Shown here: piece after piece, positions 25,509-35,498 of the stretch
Position numbering within the stretch: the stretch's first letter is position 1
How the letters are laid out: each line of letters opens with the position of its first letter
Virus record (IMG/VR): IMGVR_UViG_3300021959_000053
Location: 1-55,156 of that record
Reading direction: 5' to 3' (one strand)
Length of the DNA stretch: 55,156 nt
Source of the DNA: a virus
Lineage: Duplodnaviria > Caudoviricetes
Notes under the pieces: generated by a model
The model's input: the letters and a program-made list of their open reading frames with translations, nothing else
The model's database searches: none
Told to the model about the DNA's origin: nothing
Translations under genes and position numbers: made by a program

Positions 25509-25529
25509 TGCATCAACACAGGACAAATA

Positions 25530-25769
25530 ATGTTTACAATAGAAACTGAACATGACTACACATCAATTATAACTCTTGATGAAAAGGGTCACTTCGAGGA
25601 CGTTGAAATAATACTAGATGAAAGAGCTGTGTATCTGAGCCAACTTTTGCCTGATTCAAACAGAGCACAAGTTCTTGAAATAAGTTATCAACAGTTGAAA
25701 GATATTTTAGTTGCTATGGACCTACCAGATGGAGTATACTACCAAAAAGAAAAAAGGAGAGATGTATGA
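25530..25769 (+). CDS. Hypothetical protein
   Basis: AGGA RBS, coupled to primase. Confidence 0.65.
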   Translation: MFTIETEHDYTSIITLDEKGHFEDVEIILDERAVYLSQLLPDSNRAQVLEISYQQLKDILVAMDLPDGVYYQKEKRRDV

Positions 25770-27370
25770 GTAATAACAAAAGTAACATACCTTGCCCCTA
25801 TGAAGCGTGTGGATCCTCTGACGCTTTTAGCTGGGAAATAGATCGTCAGGTTGGCTTATGTCACAGCTGCGGTCTATCTTATCCAGGCGAGGGCATGAGC
25901 CGTATGCAGGTATTCGATTGGGCTAAGCAGGACTATCCACTGAAAGACTATACACCAGAAGAAAGAGAGAAACCAGTGATACAACGTGAAATAAAGTCAG
26001 GAACCTACGAAGGGATACGAGGTATTGATCCTGACGTTTGTGAGATGTACGGCATTCAGCTGCAACTAGATGCTGACAACAAACCAGTTCGCTATGCCTT
26101 CAAATGGAAAAACAATGTAAAGTATCGCGGCTACGATGAAAAGAAGTTTTGGTTGAAGGATCGCGGTGGTCTAGACGATCTGTTTGGGCCAGAGTTTAAC
26201 TCAGGTAGCTCCAACAGACTCTACATAACTGAAGGTGAGTTTGACAGTGCCAGCCTATTTCAAATACTAGGCAAGTCTTTCCCTGTTAAGTCTCTACCTA
26301 GTGCTACTGTATCAGAGAGGTTTATCAAGAAGAACTACGAGTACTTGAACTCATTCAAAGAAATTGTGTATGCTGGTGAGCAAGACACTGCAGGTAAAGC
26401 AGCAGCAGAAAAACTATATGAGATATTTCCTGACAAGTTTTACTACGTCGCTATGTCCAAACATAAAGATGCCAATGAGTTCTTAATGGCAGGTGATAGT
26501 GATGCTCTTATGTGGGCAGCGCGTAAGCCGCAGAGGTTTAGCCCAGATAACTTTTACATGGGTGATGACGACATTCAAGAAACCATCCTTAGAGAAAACC
26601 CATACTCATATGTACCTACAGGTCACAGCGGTCTCGACAATAAGATAAGGGGTCTAGTCAAAGGTGGTCTTACCTTTGTAAAAGCTCCTAGAGGCGGTGG
26701 TAAAACAGAGATGGTTCGTTTCTTTGAGTGTGGTCTTCTGCAAGACCCTGACGTTAAGATTGGGCTAATGCACATGGAAGAGATGCGCTCGACTACTTAT
26801 CGGGCTATGGCTACCTACGGTCTTAAAAAGAATGTACGTACAAAAGAGGATGCAGCAGCATCTAACGTTTCAGAGGATGCCGTCATTGCTGCCGCACAGA
26901 AAATGGCAGATGACCGTACAGTTGTCTTTGAACTAAGATCACATGATGATCCTATGAAACTACTAGACTATGTTCGCATGGCTGCTACAGTGTACGGTGT
27001 TGACTATGTATTCATCGATCACGTACAACGACTTGCTTACTTATCTCAAGGTGGCGCTGATGGTGCTACTTCTCTTCTGACAGCTATTGGGTCACGTATG
27101 GCTCAGTTGGCTAAGGAACTAGACATAGGTGTAATCTTTATCTCACAAGTCAATGATGATGGGCGCACAAAGTATGCAGGTTCTCTTGAGGAAGAAGCTA
27201 TCATATGTCTTAAACTAGAACGTGACGTAGAGAGTGATAGTGAAGACGATAGAAATACTACAACCTTTATCGTAGATAAAAACAGACCTTTCAGTAAGTT
27301 GGGCAACGCTGGTTCTATCTACTACGATCCACAAACAACTGTACTAGAGGAGGTTGCCTTCGATGTGTAA
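25766..27370 (+). CDS. Primase-helicase (T7 gp4-like)
   Basis: Zn finger CPYEAC..CHSC, TOPRIM ITEGEFD and KDANE, Walker A APRGGGKT, FIDH, ISQ, KNR. Confidence 0.92.
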   Translation: MSNNKSNIPCPYEACGSSDAFSWEIDRQVGLCHSCGLSYPGEGMSRMQVFDWAKQDYPLKDYTPEEREKPVIQREIKSGTYEGIRGIDPDVCEMYGIQLQLDADNKPVRYAFKWKNNVKYRGYDEKKFWLKDRGGLDDLFGPEFNSGSSNRLYITEGEFDSASLFQILGKSFPVKSLPSATVSERFIKKNYEYLNSFKEIVYAGEQDTAGKAAAEKLYEIFPDKFYYVAMSKHKDANEFLMAGDSDALMWAARKPQRFSPDNFYMGDDDIQETILRENPYSYVPTGHSGLDNKIRGLVKGGLTFVKAPRGGGKTEMVRFFECGLLQDPDVKIGLMHMEEMRSTTYRAMATYGLKKNVRTKEDAAASNVSEDAVIAAAQKMADDRTVVFELRSHDDPMKLLDYVRMAATVYGVDYVFIDHVQRLAYLSQGGADGATSLLTAIGSRMAQLAKELDIGVIFISQVNDDGRTKYAGSLEEEAIICLKLERDVESDSEDDRNTTTFIVDKNRPFSKLGNAGSIYYDPQTTVLEEVAFDV

Positions 27371-27629
27371 TGACTACGATGATGATGACTTCGAACTTAA
27401 TACTCCTACAATAGAGAGTGATTGGATTGAGCTAGGGTCTTCTGAGATGGACATATATGACTTTGACGATAAGTTAGAAATTTACTTGTCTGAAATTGAT
27501 ACTCAGATTAAGAAAACTCAAGATGAACTTGTCCAAGCCTTGACTAATAAAGAGGATCCTGATAGAATAGAAAGGTTAGAGGATGAGTTATCACTGCTTA
27601 TCATTGACTATCAACGCTTTGAAGTATAG
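27363..27629 (+). CDS. Highly acidic small protein
   Basis: About 28 D/E versus 7 K/R in 88 aa. Confidence 0.55.
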   Translation: MCNDYDDDDFELNTPTIESDWIELGSSEMDIYDFDDKLEIYLSEIDTQIKKTQDELVQALTNKEDPDRIERLEDELSLLIIDYQRFEV

Positions 27630-27637
27630 GGAACATA

Positions 27638-29596
27638 ATGCGATTAGCTTTCTGCGATATAGAAACAAATGCTCTTGAGCACCCCGACAAGTGTTGGTTA
27701 GTGGGTGGAAAGATGCTAGACACAGGAGAGGTGTTTAAGTTTGAGAATATACATGAAGATCCTGTAGCGCGAAAAGAAGCTACGGAATGGCACCTATCCC
27801 TGGACAAGATGGTAGGTCACAACTTCATACAATACGATTTACCTCTTCTAAATAAGTTCTTAGACGCTAGACTAGACCCACACAAGGTACTGGATACTCT
27901 AATAATATCTAGAACAGTTGACTATGATATACCACCACCTGTAGGTGGTAAGGGTCCACACAGTCTCAAGAGTTGGGGATTACGTCTAGGAGTACACAAG
28001 GGAGACTACACTGACTTTGAAAACTTTAACAATGAAATGGTTGAGTACTGGTACGGAGACCTAGACACTACTGAGGCTTTGTTCAAGCACTTCTCAGACG
28101 TGATCTACGATCCTCAATGGGCTAAAGCTCTAAGAGCTGAACACGATCTACAAATTGAATTAGTTCGCACTAAGTTTCATGGCTTTAGCTTTAATTACCA
28201 GATGGCTCAAGGTCTTCTTGACAGTATTATAAAGGAGAAGAGTGCACTAGAAGACCAATTCCAAAAAGACTTTCCACCTAAACTACAGAAAGTTCACACA
28301 CTCAAGTATAAGGAGAAAAATGATGGTGAGCCTTACTCAAAGGTACTTGAAGCAAAAGAAAAGTATGTTGCAACAAGTAGACTGGGTGATGACTTACTTT
28401 GTTATGACTTCGTTTCGTTTAACCCAGGTGCTTCCAAGGATAGAGTTGATGCTCTTTGGGATGCAGGTTGGGCTCCTTTTGATCGCACAAAAACTCACCT
28501 AAAGTTTCTTAGACTAAAAGTTGGAGATCCATACGGCAAGAAAACAGTAAAGATGGATCAAGAGTTCTACGACACTAAGTTGAAGAACCTAGAGAGATAT
28601 GGTTATACTGTGTCGGAGGACAACCTAAACACTTTACCTGCAGATGCACCGTCAGGTGCAACTGGACTAGCTCAATGGCTAACACTAGAGGGTAGAAGAA
28701 GTTCTCTTGTGGAGTGGATAAACCAAGTCTGTAGCGATGGGCGTATCCACGGTACCATCAACAACATAGGAGCATGGACAGGTAGATGTGCACACAATGC
28801 GCCTAACACAGCTAACATACCATCAGCATTTCACGGTACTCCAAATACAGCAGTTCAAAAAGTAAAGTCTAAGTATGATCACCATCTACGTACTTGTTGG
28901 GATGTTCCTGATGGCAGCTACCTTGTTGGCTGTGATGCAGATGGTATTCAACTTAGGGTTCTTGCTGACTATCTTTGGCGTCACTTTGATGCTGAGATGT
29001 ATGCTAAGGCTATCATGGAAGGTAAGAAAGAGGATGAAACCGATATACACAACATGAACAAGAAAGCTTTAGCTGTACCTAACGGCACTAGAGACATGGC
29101 TAAAACCTTTATATATGCTTGGCTGCTAGGTGCTGGCGTTGCAAAGACTGCAAGTATCCTTGGTGTAAATCAAAAGGAAGCAGCTGATGCTCGTACTAGA
29201 TTTGAGCAAAGTATTGATGGACTAGCCGCACTCAAACGAAGAATGATACCGTACATAGCAGAGAAAGGATTCTTCAAGGGTTACGATGGTAGACTAGTCA
29301 AAGTACCTAATGAACACAAGACACTAGCGGGTATCTTACAGTCTGGCGAGTCTGTTCTTATGAAACATACTCTAATCAATTTTCACAAGAAGGCAAGAGA
29401 TCAGAGTATTGACTTCAAGATGGTAGGGTTCATTCACGATGAGTACCAGATTGAAGTGAAGGGTAGTTATGAGGATGCTAAACTTATGGGCGAACTTGTA
29501 GCTACAACTATGGCTGAAACAGGTGTTGACTTGGGGTTTAAGATTCCCACACCAGGTTCTTATGATATAGGTAAAAACTGGCTTGACACACACTAG
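27638..29596 (+). CDS. DNA polymerase family A with 3'-5' exonuclease
   Basis: ExoI DIET, ExoII GHNFIQYD; motif A DADGIQLR, motif B AKTFIYA, motif C IHDE. Confidence 0.96.
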   Translation: MRLAFCDIETNALEHPDKCWLVGGKMLDTGEVFKFENIHEDPVARKEATEWHLSLDKMVGHNFIQYDLPLLNKFLDARLDPHKVLDTLIISRTVDYDIPPPVGGKGPHSLKSWGLRLGVHKGDYTDFENFNNEMVEYWYGDLDTTEALFKHFSDVIYDPQWAKALRAEHDLQIELVRTKFHGFSFNYQMAQGLLDSIIKEKSALEDQFQKDFPPKLQKVHTLKYKEKNDGEPYSKVLEAKEKYVATSRLGDDLLCYDFVSFNPGASKDRVDALWDAGWAPFDRTKTHLKFLRLKVGDPYGKKTVKMDQEFYDTKLKNLERYGYTVSEDNLNTLPADAPSGATGLAQWLTLEGRRSSLVEWINQVCSDGRIHGTINNIGAWTGRCAHNAPNTANIPSAFHGTPNTAVQKVKSKYDHHLRTCWDVPDGSYLVGCDADGIQLRVLADYLWRHFDAEMYAKAIMEGKKEDETDIHNMNKKALAVPNGTRDMAKTFIYAWLLGAGVAKTASILGVNQKEAADARTRFEQSIDGLAALKRRMIPYIAEKGFFKGYDGRLVKVPNEHKTLAGILQSGESVLMKHTLINFHKKARDQSIDFKMVGFIHDEYQIEVKGSYEDAKLMGELVATTMAETGVDLGFKIPTPGSYDIGKNWLDTH

Positions 29597-29611
29597 TTTG
29601 TGTGTTAAACT
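29583..29611 (+). promoter_or_regulatory. sigma70-type promoter for SSB
   Basis: TTGACA-17 nt-TAAACT with TG extension. Confidence 0.7.
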
Positions 29612-29647
29612 TATAGACATAATTCAAATAGCTATAAGGAGAAAAGT

Positions 29648-30178
29648 ATGGCTACTAAAACTATTGAACTTCACGGCATCCTTGAATGGGCAAAGCTCTT
29701 TGAGGGTAACAGAGATAATGGAGAATACGATGTAGAGACAGACGGTGCAACAACAGTTGATATCATCATGGATGCTGACGCACTCAAAGTTATGAAGGAA
29801 GCTGGTGTACGTAAACAAGAAAAACCAGACCTTGAGGGCAGAGGTGCACGAGTTAAGTTCAAGAGACCTTGGAAGGATAAGTTTGACAGGACATGGGCAG
29901 CAGGACCACCTAAAGTCTATGCACCTGACGGATCTCCTTGGACTCCAGAGGATGGTCTAATTGGTAATGGTTCTATTGGAGTTGTTTACGTAGACGTGTA
30001 CGACACAAAGATGGGAAAGGGATCACGTTTAGCAGGAGTACAGGTTATTGATCATGTATCTTTTGAGGGTGATTCAGATCGTGGATCTGGGTTATCTCCT
30101 AAAGACTACACTCAAACTCAGGTAGCTCCAGAACCTGCAGCCCCTACGAAAGAGTCACCAGGTGACATACCTTTCTAG
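29648..30178 (+). CDS. Single-stranded DNA-binding protein (T7 gp2.5-like)
   Basis: IGNGS...RLAGVQVIDHV; C-terminal DIPF tail. Confidence 0.75.
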   Translation: MATKTIELHGILEWAKLFEGNRDNGEYDVETDGATTVDIIMDADALKVMKEAGVRKQEKPDLEGRGARVKFKRPWKDKFDRTWAAGPPKVYAPDGSPWTPEDGLIGNGSIGVVYVDVYDTKMGKGSRLAGVQVIDHVSFEGDSDRGSGLSPKDYTQTQVAPEPAAPTKESPGDIPF

Positions 30179-30216
30179 CACCAAGCAGTACGGGTAGGAG
30201 CGTTAAATATCCTCGC

Positions 30217-30245
30217 GGAGGGCCAACGGTTAGCCCTCCTTTTTT
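30217..30245 (+). terminator. Rho-independent terminator
   Basis: GGAGGGC-N9-GCCCTCC followed by a T-run. Confidence 0.85.
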
Positions 30246-30265
30246 ATATGATATAGGAGAATAGT

Positions 30266-31126
30266 ATGACAAAGACTATTGATACTCTAGTAGAGGACAT
30301 GGAGCAAGTTCTGTATGGCCTCAAAGGGTGGGACAAAGCTCTCAGTCAAGTTATCGGTGATAACATTGCAAGTATGGCTATGTCTCGATTTAAAGAACCA
30401 CAAAAAGTACGTAATTACCTTTCAATGTCGTCCATTGGATCTCCATGTAAGCGTAAGCTATGGTATAAGGTTAATCAAAGTAAATTAGCAGAACCACTAC
30501 AATCAAACGCCCTGCTCAAGTTTTTCTACGGTGATATGATAGAAGAGCTTGCTTTAGGTATTGCACAGCAAGCAGGTCATAAAGTTGAAGGTCAGCAAGA
30601 CCGAATGTCTGCCCACGGTATCAAGGGTAGCCGCGACTGCGTTATTGATGGTATAACTGTTGACGTTAAGTCTGCTTCTCCTTATTCCTTTAAGAAGTTT
30701 AAAGAGGGTAACTTACGCGAACAAGATCCGTTTGGTTACATATCTCAGTTGTCTTCCTATGTGTACGCAGCTAAAGATGACCCACTTGTGACAAATAAGA
30801 CACACGGTGCCTTCTTGGTTATTGACAAAGTTAATGGTCATATCTGCTTAGATACCTATGACTTCACTGATGAGCTAAAGACTAAGCCTCAAGAGATTGA
30901 AGACATAAAGAAGATGTCAGCCAACAAAGTTCCACCAGAGCGTCAGTTCAAAGATGAACCAATGAGCAAGACATCTCCTAATAAAAAACTAAGGATGGAG
31001 TGTTCATACTGCGAGTTTAAGAAACCATGTTGGCCTGGTCTGAAGAAGTTTATATATTCTCATGGACCAGTCTACTTGACTGACGTTAAGAAACCTTTAA
31101 AGGTTGAAGAAGTGGAGAACTTCTGA
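30266..31126 (+). CDS. PD-(D/E)xK exonuclease, Cas4/RecB-like
   Basis: SSIGSPCKRKLWY, GSRD..IDG..VDVKS, QLSSY, CSYCEFKKPC. Confidence 0.8.
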   Translation: MTKTIDTLVEDMEQVLYGLKGWDKALSQVIGDNIASMAMSRFKEPQKVRNYLSMSSIGSPCKRKLWYKVNQSKLAEPLQSNALLKFFYGDMIEELALGIAQQAGHKVEGQQDRMSAHGIKGSRDCVIDGITVDVKSASPYSFKKFKEGNLREQDPFGYISQLSSYVYAAKDDPLVTNKTHGAFLVIDKVNGHICLDTYDFTDELKTKPQEIEDIKKMSANKVPPERQFKDEPMSKTSPNKKLRMECSYCEFKKPCWPGLKKFIYSHGPVYLTDVKKPLKVEEVENF

Positions 31127-31530
31127 TGGCAATCAAAACGAGGTTTAGGGGGATACAAGCAGGTTATCGATCAGGTCTTGAAGAAAAAACAGCAGATTAT
31201 CTTAAAAACTTAGGTGTTTCTTTTACGTATGAGGAAGAAAAGATAAAGTGGCTAGATAGTAAAATCAGGACTTATACCCCAGACTTTGTACTAAGCAACG
31301 GTATCATAATAGAGACAAAGGGAAGATTTGTATCAACAGACAGAAGAAAACATAAGGAGATAAAGTCACAGTATCCTCTCAAGGATATACGCTTTGTGTT
31401 TAATAATTCAAGGGCTAAACTTTACAAAGGAGCTACTAGCTCTTATGCAGACTGGTGTACTAAGAATGGATTTCTATACGCTGATAAAGTTATACCCGAG
31501 GATTGGATCAAGGAACCTAACAAATGTTAA
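31126..31530 (+). CDS. Endonuclease I / Holliday junction resolvase (T7 gp3-like)
   Basis: YRSGLE, YTPDF, IETKGRF, DIRFVF. Confidence 0.92.
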   Translation: MAIKTRFRGIQAGYRSGLEEKTADYLKNLGVSFTYEEEKIKWLDSKIRTYTPDFVLSNGIIIETKGRFVSTDRRKHKEIKSQYPLKDIRFVFNNSRAKLYKGATSSYADWCTKNGFLYADKVIPEDWIKEPNKC

Positions 31531-32321
31531 TAAGTAATCACAGTAAAGAGCGCACTGCTATCGTATTATCGTGTGCACACGCAAACTCAACAGCTAGTAA
31601 CGAAAGGTTTGATTGGCTAGGTGGTCTAATCTATGACTTAAAGCCAGACTATGTTGTTGACCTCGGGGATGGGGCTGACATGAAATCACTCAACTCCTAC
31701 GATACTCGCAAGCCTGAGTCTATTGTCTCTCAAAACTATGAAGTAGACATTGACTCCTACAATGAGTCTCAAGACCTTCTACGTTATCGGTTTAAGAAAC
31801 AAAGACGAAAGCGTCCAACTTGGTATGGCTTTGAAGGTAATCACGAGAATAGAATAAAGACAGCTATCTCACATGACCCTAGACTAGAAGGAGACAAGTA
31901 TGGGATCTCATTCTCTCACCTCAATACTAAAAGATGGTTTGATGAATATCACGAGTACATTGATGGAGCACCAGCCATCTACAACTACGACGGTGTGGAC
32001 TATGCTCACTATGTGGGCGCTGGTAACTTTGGCAGGGCCATTAGTGGTGTTCACCATGCTTACGCTCTCATACAAAAGCGGTATCGCTCTTGCAGTGTTG
32101 GTCACAGTCATAAACGTGATATGTACTTTAAAGATGACGTTGGTTCTGGTGGGGCTATTGGGGCAGTTGTCGGATGCTTCAAAGGAGATTCAGAGGCTTG
32201 GGCAGGACAGGCTAACAAAGAGTGGTGGAAAGGGGTTCTCATTAAGAGAAACATATGCGACGGTAGGTACGAACCTCAATGGGTATCGCTTGATACACTT
32301 AGACGGGAGTACGGATCCTGA
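31524..32321 (+). CDS. Calcineurin-like metallophosphoesterase
   Basis: DLGD, GNHE, GHSH motifs. Confidence 0.8.
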   Translation: MLISNHSKERTAIVLSCAHANSTASNERFDWLGGLIYDLKPDYVVDLGDGADMKSLNSYDTRKPESIVSQNYEVDIDSYNESQDLLRYRFKKQRRKRPTWYGFEGNHENRIKTAISHDPRLEGDKYGISFSHLNTKRWFDEYHEYIDGAPAIYNYDGVDYAHYVGAGNFGRAISGVHHAYALIQKRYRSCSVGHSHKRDMYFKDDVGSGGAIGAVVGCFKGDSEAWAGQANKEWWKGVLIKRNICDGRYEPQWVSLDTLRREYGS

Positions 32322-32339
32322 GATCGAATCAAAACTTAG

Positions 32340-32363
32340 AGGTGACACCTAGTCACCTTTTTT
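32340..32363 (+). terminator. Rho-independent terminator
   Basis: AGGTGAC-ACCTA-GTCACCT followed by TTTTT. Confidence 0.75.
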
Positions 32364-32367
32364 CATC

Positions 32368-32396
32368 TTGACTTAAAGCACATAATGTGGTAAAAC
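32368..32396 (+). promoter_or_regulatory. sigma70-type promoter
   Basis: TTGACT-17 nt-TAAAAC with TG extension, directly after the terminator. Confidence 0.6.
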
Positions 32397-32410
32397 TGGA
32401 GTTTCCGATA

Positions 32411-32575
32411 ATGGAGTATGAAGTATCAATTAGAGTAAAAGTAGACCCTGACTACTTCTACATGGAAGTCGATGCAGCTGATCGTCAGGCTACTATTGCC
32501 GATCAAGTTAAGAACATACTGTACGACATAGAAGACATTAAGATTAAAAACATAACAGCAGAGGAATTAGAATAA
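32411..32575 (+). CDS. Hypothetical protein
   Basis: GGAG RBS, ATG 32411. Confidence 0.6.
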   Translation: MEYEVSIRVKVDPDYFYMEVDAADRQATIADQVKNILYDIEDIKIKNITAEELE

Positions 32576-32943
32576 TGATTAGCCAAGATGATATAGATGC
32601 CTTTGCGGATCAACAGCAAGACAAGACTGTAGAGAACCTAAACGAGTACCAAAGAAAAGCAGTAGGTTTTGCCGTGTACCCCTCTACTCACAAGATTTTG
32701 TACCCAACACTAGGCTTGTGTGGGGAAGCAGGAGAGGTAGCTGAGAAGGTTAAGAAGCAGATTAGGGACGGTGTTTTTAACAGACACGATGTAGCAAAAG
32801 AACTAGGGGATGTTTTGTGGTACTTAGCAAACACAGCTAATGACCTTGGTTATACCCTTGAGGACATTGCTCAACTAAATATAGACAAGCTGACGGGACG
32901 TAGAGACCGCAACGTAATCAAAGGATCAGGAGATAACAGATGA
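32575..32943 (+). CDS. mazG: MazG-like nucleotide pyrophosphohydrolase
   Basis: LGLCGEAGEVAEKVKK, KELGDVLWY, GSGDNR. Confidence 0.88.
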   Translation: MISQDDIDAFADQQQDKTVENLNEYQRKAVGFAVYPSTHKILYPTLGLCGEAGEVAEKVKKQIRDGVFNRHDVAKELGDVLWYLANTANDLGYTLEDIAQLNIDKLTGRRDRNVIKGSGDNR

Positions 32944-33137
32944 AGACTAGGTGGGTCAACAATATATTTGTACGATTTATGCGATACTGTATTATGTGGT
33001 CAGAGCATAGGGCTGCAATCAAGACACTTAATAAACTAACAGATGCAGAGTTAAAAGATATTGGACTAACACGAGGCGACATTGATCGCATGGTTTGGCT
33101 AGAAGAAGATAAGAAAGAACGAGGTAATAACCTATGA
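32940..33137 (+). CDS. DUF1127 (YjiS-like) small protein
   Basis: R..IKTLNKLTDAELKDIGLTRGDI. Confidence 0.85.
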   Translation: MKTRWVNNIFVRFMRYCIMWSEHRAAIKTLNKLTDAELKDIGLTRGDIDRMVWLEEDKKERGNNL

Positions 33138-35053
33138 GTAACTCACTACCAACAGACTACCAATCTTTTATTCATAAGTCACGGTATGCTAAGTACTACG
33201 AAGGTACTGGGCGCGAATCGTGGGATGACACTGTTGCACGTTTTTCAGCTAATATCATACGAGACATGGTTGATTCCGACACTAAGTACAAACTAGAACA
33301 GGCTATTATAGGTCTTGAGGTAATGCCTTCTATGCGCTCTCTTATGACTGCTGGCGCAGCTGCTGACCGAGACAATACATGCATGTACAACTGTAGCTAC
33401 TTAGCCGTAGATGACCTTAAATCCTTCGATGAGGCTATGTTTATCTTGCTCTGTGGGACTGGGGTTGGCTTCTCCGTTGAGAGGCAATTCGTCAGTAAGC
33501 TCCCTGAGGTTCCCAAGTTGTTGTTCGACAGTGAGACTAATATCGTTGTTAAAGATAGTAAGGAGGGTTGGGCTAAGGCTCTTCGTCAATTGATTGCACT
33601 CCTGTATAGTGGTGAAATCCCTACTTGGGATGTATCTAAGGTTCGTCCAGCTGGCGCTCCACTCAAGACCTTTGGAGGACGTGCCTCAGGTCCAGCGCCT
33701 TTAGTCGATCTGTTTAACTTTACTATCCGTACCTTTAAGGAAGCACAAGGACGTAAACTAGAGTCTATTGAGTGTCACGACATTATGTGTAAGATAGGTG
33801 AGGTTGTTGTTGTAGGTGGTGTACGTCGATCAGCTATGATCTCTCTGTCTAATCTAAGTGATGACCGTATGCGTCATGCTAAGTCTGGTAAATGGTGGGA
33901 TGATCCAGATTTAGGTATTGTACGTGAAGGTCAACGATCACTAGCAAACAATTCAGTGGCTTATGCTAATAAACCTGATGCAGTGTCTTTCATGCGTGAG
34001 TGGTTGGCACTGGTTGAGAGTGGTAGTGGTGAGAGAGGTATCTTTAACCGTGAGGCATCTAAGGCACAGGCAGCTAAAAATGGGCGACGTAATCCTGACT
34101 ACGAGTTTGGAACCAACCCATGTTCTGAGATAATTTTACGCCCAAGTCAGTTTTGCAACTTAACGGAGTGTGTAGTACGCTCAACAGATACTCTTGAAAC
34201 ATTAGAGGAGAAAGTACGTCTAGCTACTATCTTAGGTACGATCCAGTCAACATACACTAAGTTTCCATACTTGCGTAAACAGTGGACAGATAATACAGCG
34301 GAAGAACGGTTACTTGGCGTTTCATTGACAGGTATTATGGACAATCCTCTGATGACTATGAGTAACAAAGGGTTAAGTAAGACACTTGCACATCTCAAGC
34401 AAGTTGCTGTTAATACTAATGCTGAGTGGTCAGAACGTTTAGAAATACCTGTGTCTACTGCTATAACTTGTGTTAAGCCAAGTGGGACGGTTTCTCAGCT
34501 TGTTGATTCCAGTAGTGGGATTCATGCACGACACTCTCGTTATTATATACGTACTGTACGTGGAGATAACAAAGATCCTCTGACACAGTTTATGCAAGAT
34601 CAGGGTATACCTAACGAGCCTTGCGCTACAAAGCCTGACCAAACAACTGTGTTTAGTTTTCCACAGAAGGCTCCTGAAGGGGCTGTAGTTACAGCTGATA
34701 TGACAGCCATAGAACAACTGGAGATGTGGCTTGCTTACCAACGTAATTGGTGCGAACATAAACCATCTGTGACAGTCAATGTCAAGAAAGATGAGTGGTT
34801 TGAAGTAGGTGCTTTCGTGTACAAGAACTTCGATGAGATGTCAGGCGTATCCTTTTTGCCGTATGATGACCACATCTATAAACAAGCTCCTTACCAAGAG
34901 TGCGGTAAGTCAGACTATGACATGCTACAATCGGTCATGCCTGAAAGAATTGACTGGTCTAAGGTATCTGAGTACGAGAATGAGGATAATACATCAGGTA
35001 GTCAAACACTGGCTTGCTCTGGTGATAGTTGTGAAATTGTAGATCTAGTATAA
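33134..35053 (+). CDS. nrdJ: Class II (B12-dependent) ribonucleotide reductase
   Basis: YNCS, GTGVGFSVE, VVVGGVRRSA, TNPCSEI, TCVKPSGT, C-terminal CSGDSC; no beta subunit gene nearby. Confidence 0.9.
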   Translation: MSNSLPTDYQSFIHKSRYAKYYEGTGRESWDDTVARFSANIIRDMVDSDTKYKLEQAIIGLEVMPSMRSLMTAGAAADRDNTCMYNCSYLAVDDLKSFDEAMFILLCGTGVGFSVERQFVSKLPEVPKLLFDSETNIVVKDSKEGWAKALRQLIALLYSGEIPTWDVSKVRPAGAPLKTFGGRASGPAPLVDLFNFTIRTFKEAQGRKLESIECHDIMCKIGEVVVVGGVRRSAMISLSNLSDDRMRHAKSGKWWDDPDLGIVREGQRSLANNSVAYANKPDAVSFMREWLALVESGSGERGIFNREASKAQAAKNGRRNPDYEFGTNPCSEIILRPSQFCNLTECVVRSTDTLETLEEKVRLATILGTIQSTYTKFPYLRKQWTDNTAEERLLGVSLTGIMDNPLMTMSNKGLSKTLAHLKQVAVNTNAEWSERLEIPVSTAITCVKPSGTVSQLVDSSSGIHARHSRYYIRTVRGDNKDPLTQFMQDQGIPNEPCATKPDQTTVFSFPQKAPEGAVVTADMTAIEQLEMWLAYQRNWCEHKPSVTVNVKKDEWFEVGAFVYKNFDEMSGVSFLPYDDHIYKQAPYQECGKSDYDMLQSVMPERIDWSKVSEYENEDNTSGSQTLACSGDSCEIVDLV

Positions 35054-35067
35054 CAAAGGAGACTAAA

Positions 35068-35256
35068 ATGTTTACAGCGCTTGCAATTGTTTGTGCTCTT
35101 GGGGGTAACGGACCTTGTTTTTCAGTAACTAACCAGACTGTGTTTGCGTCTAGAGAGGAGTGTGAGAAAGATGCGTATGTTGCTTTGCTGTACGCTGAAT
35201 CTAGGAACTTTACACTAAAACGTTTTGCTTGTTTTGAATGGGGAGTAGAGACTTGA
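35068..35256 (+). CDS. Small hypothetical protein
   Basis: AGGAG RBS; hydrophobic N-terminus, 4 Cys. Confidence 0.6.
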   Translation: MFTALAIVCALGGNGPCFSVTNQTVFASREECEKDAYVALLYAESRNFTLKRFACFEWGVET

Positions 35257-35498
35257 CCTACACTGTTATATCTAGAAATCAATGTAATTTCTGTGATACT
35301 GCCAAAGCTTTACTTAAAGGAAGTAACCAGACTTATGTAGAGTACAATATAGATTCGCCTAGTTCCAAGTGGGTTCTAAGCCTTATGAAGCAAGCCAGTC
35401 ATAAGACTGTTCCTCAGATCTTTTCCTCTGATGGGAGCTACATAGGCGGTTGTGCAGAACTAAAGCAACTACTAGGTAGTATAGAAGGCCAAGTATAA
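35253..35498 (+). CDS. Glutaredoxin
   Basis: CNFC, TVPQIF, YIGG; likely TTG start. Confidence 0.88.
   Translation: MTYTVISRNQCNFCDTAKALLKGSNQTYVEYNIDSPSSKWVLSLMKQASHKTVPQIFSSDGSYIGGCAELKQLLGSIEGQV

Noticed and set aside
30266-31126. CRISPR-Cas cas4 gene
   Set aside because: A stand-alone Cas4-like exonuclease is normal in phage replication modules; there is no array or other cas gene
31900-32352. 150-aa alternative-frame ORF
   Set aside because: Overlaps the metallophosphoesterase almost entirely, lacks motifs and runs into a terminator
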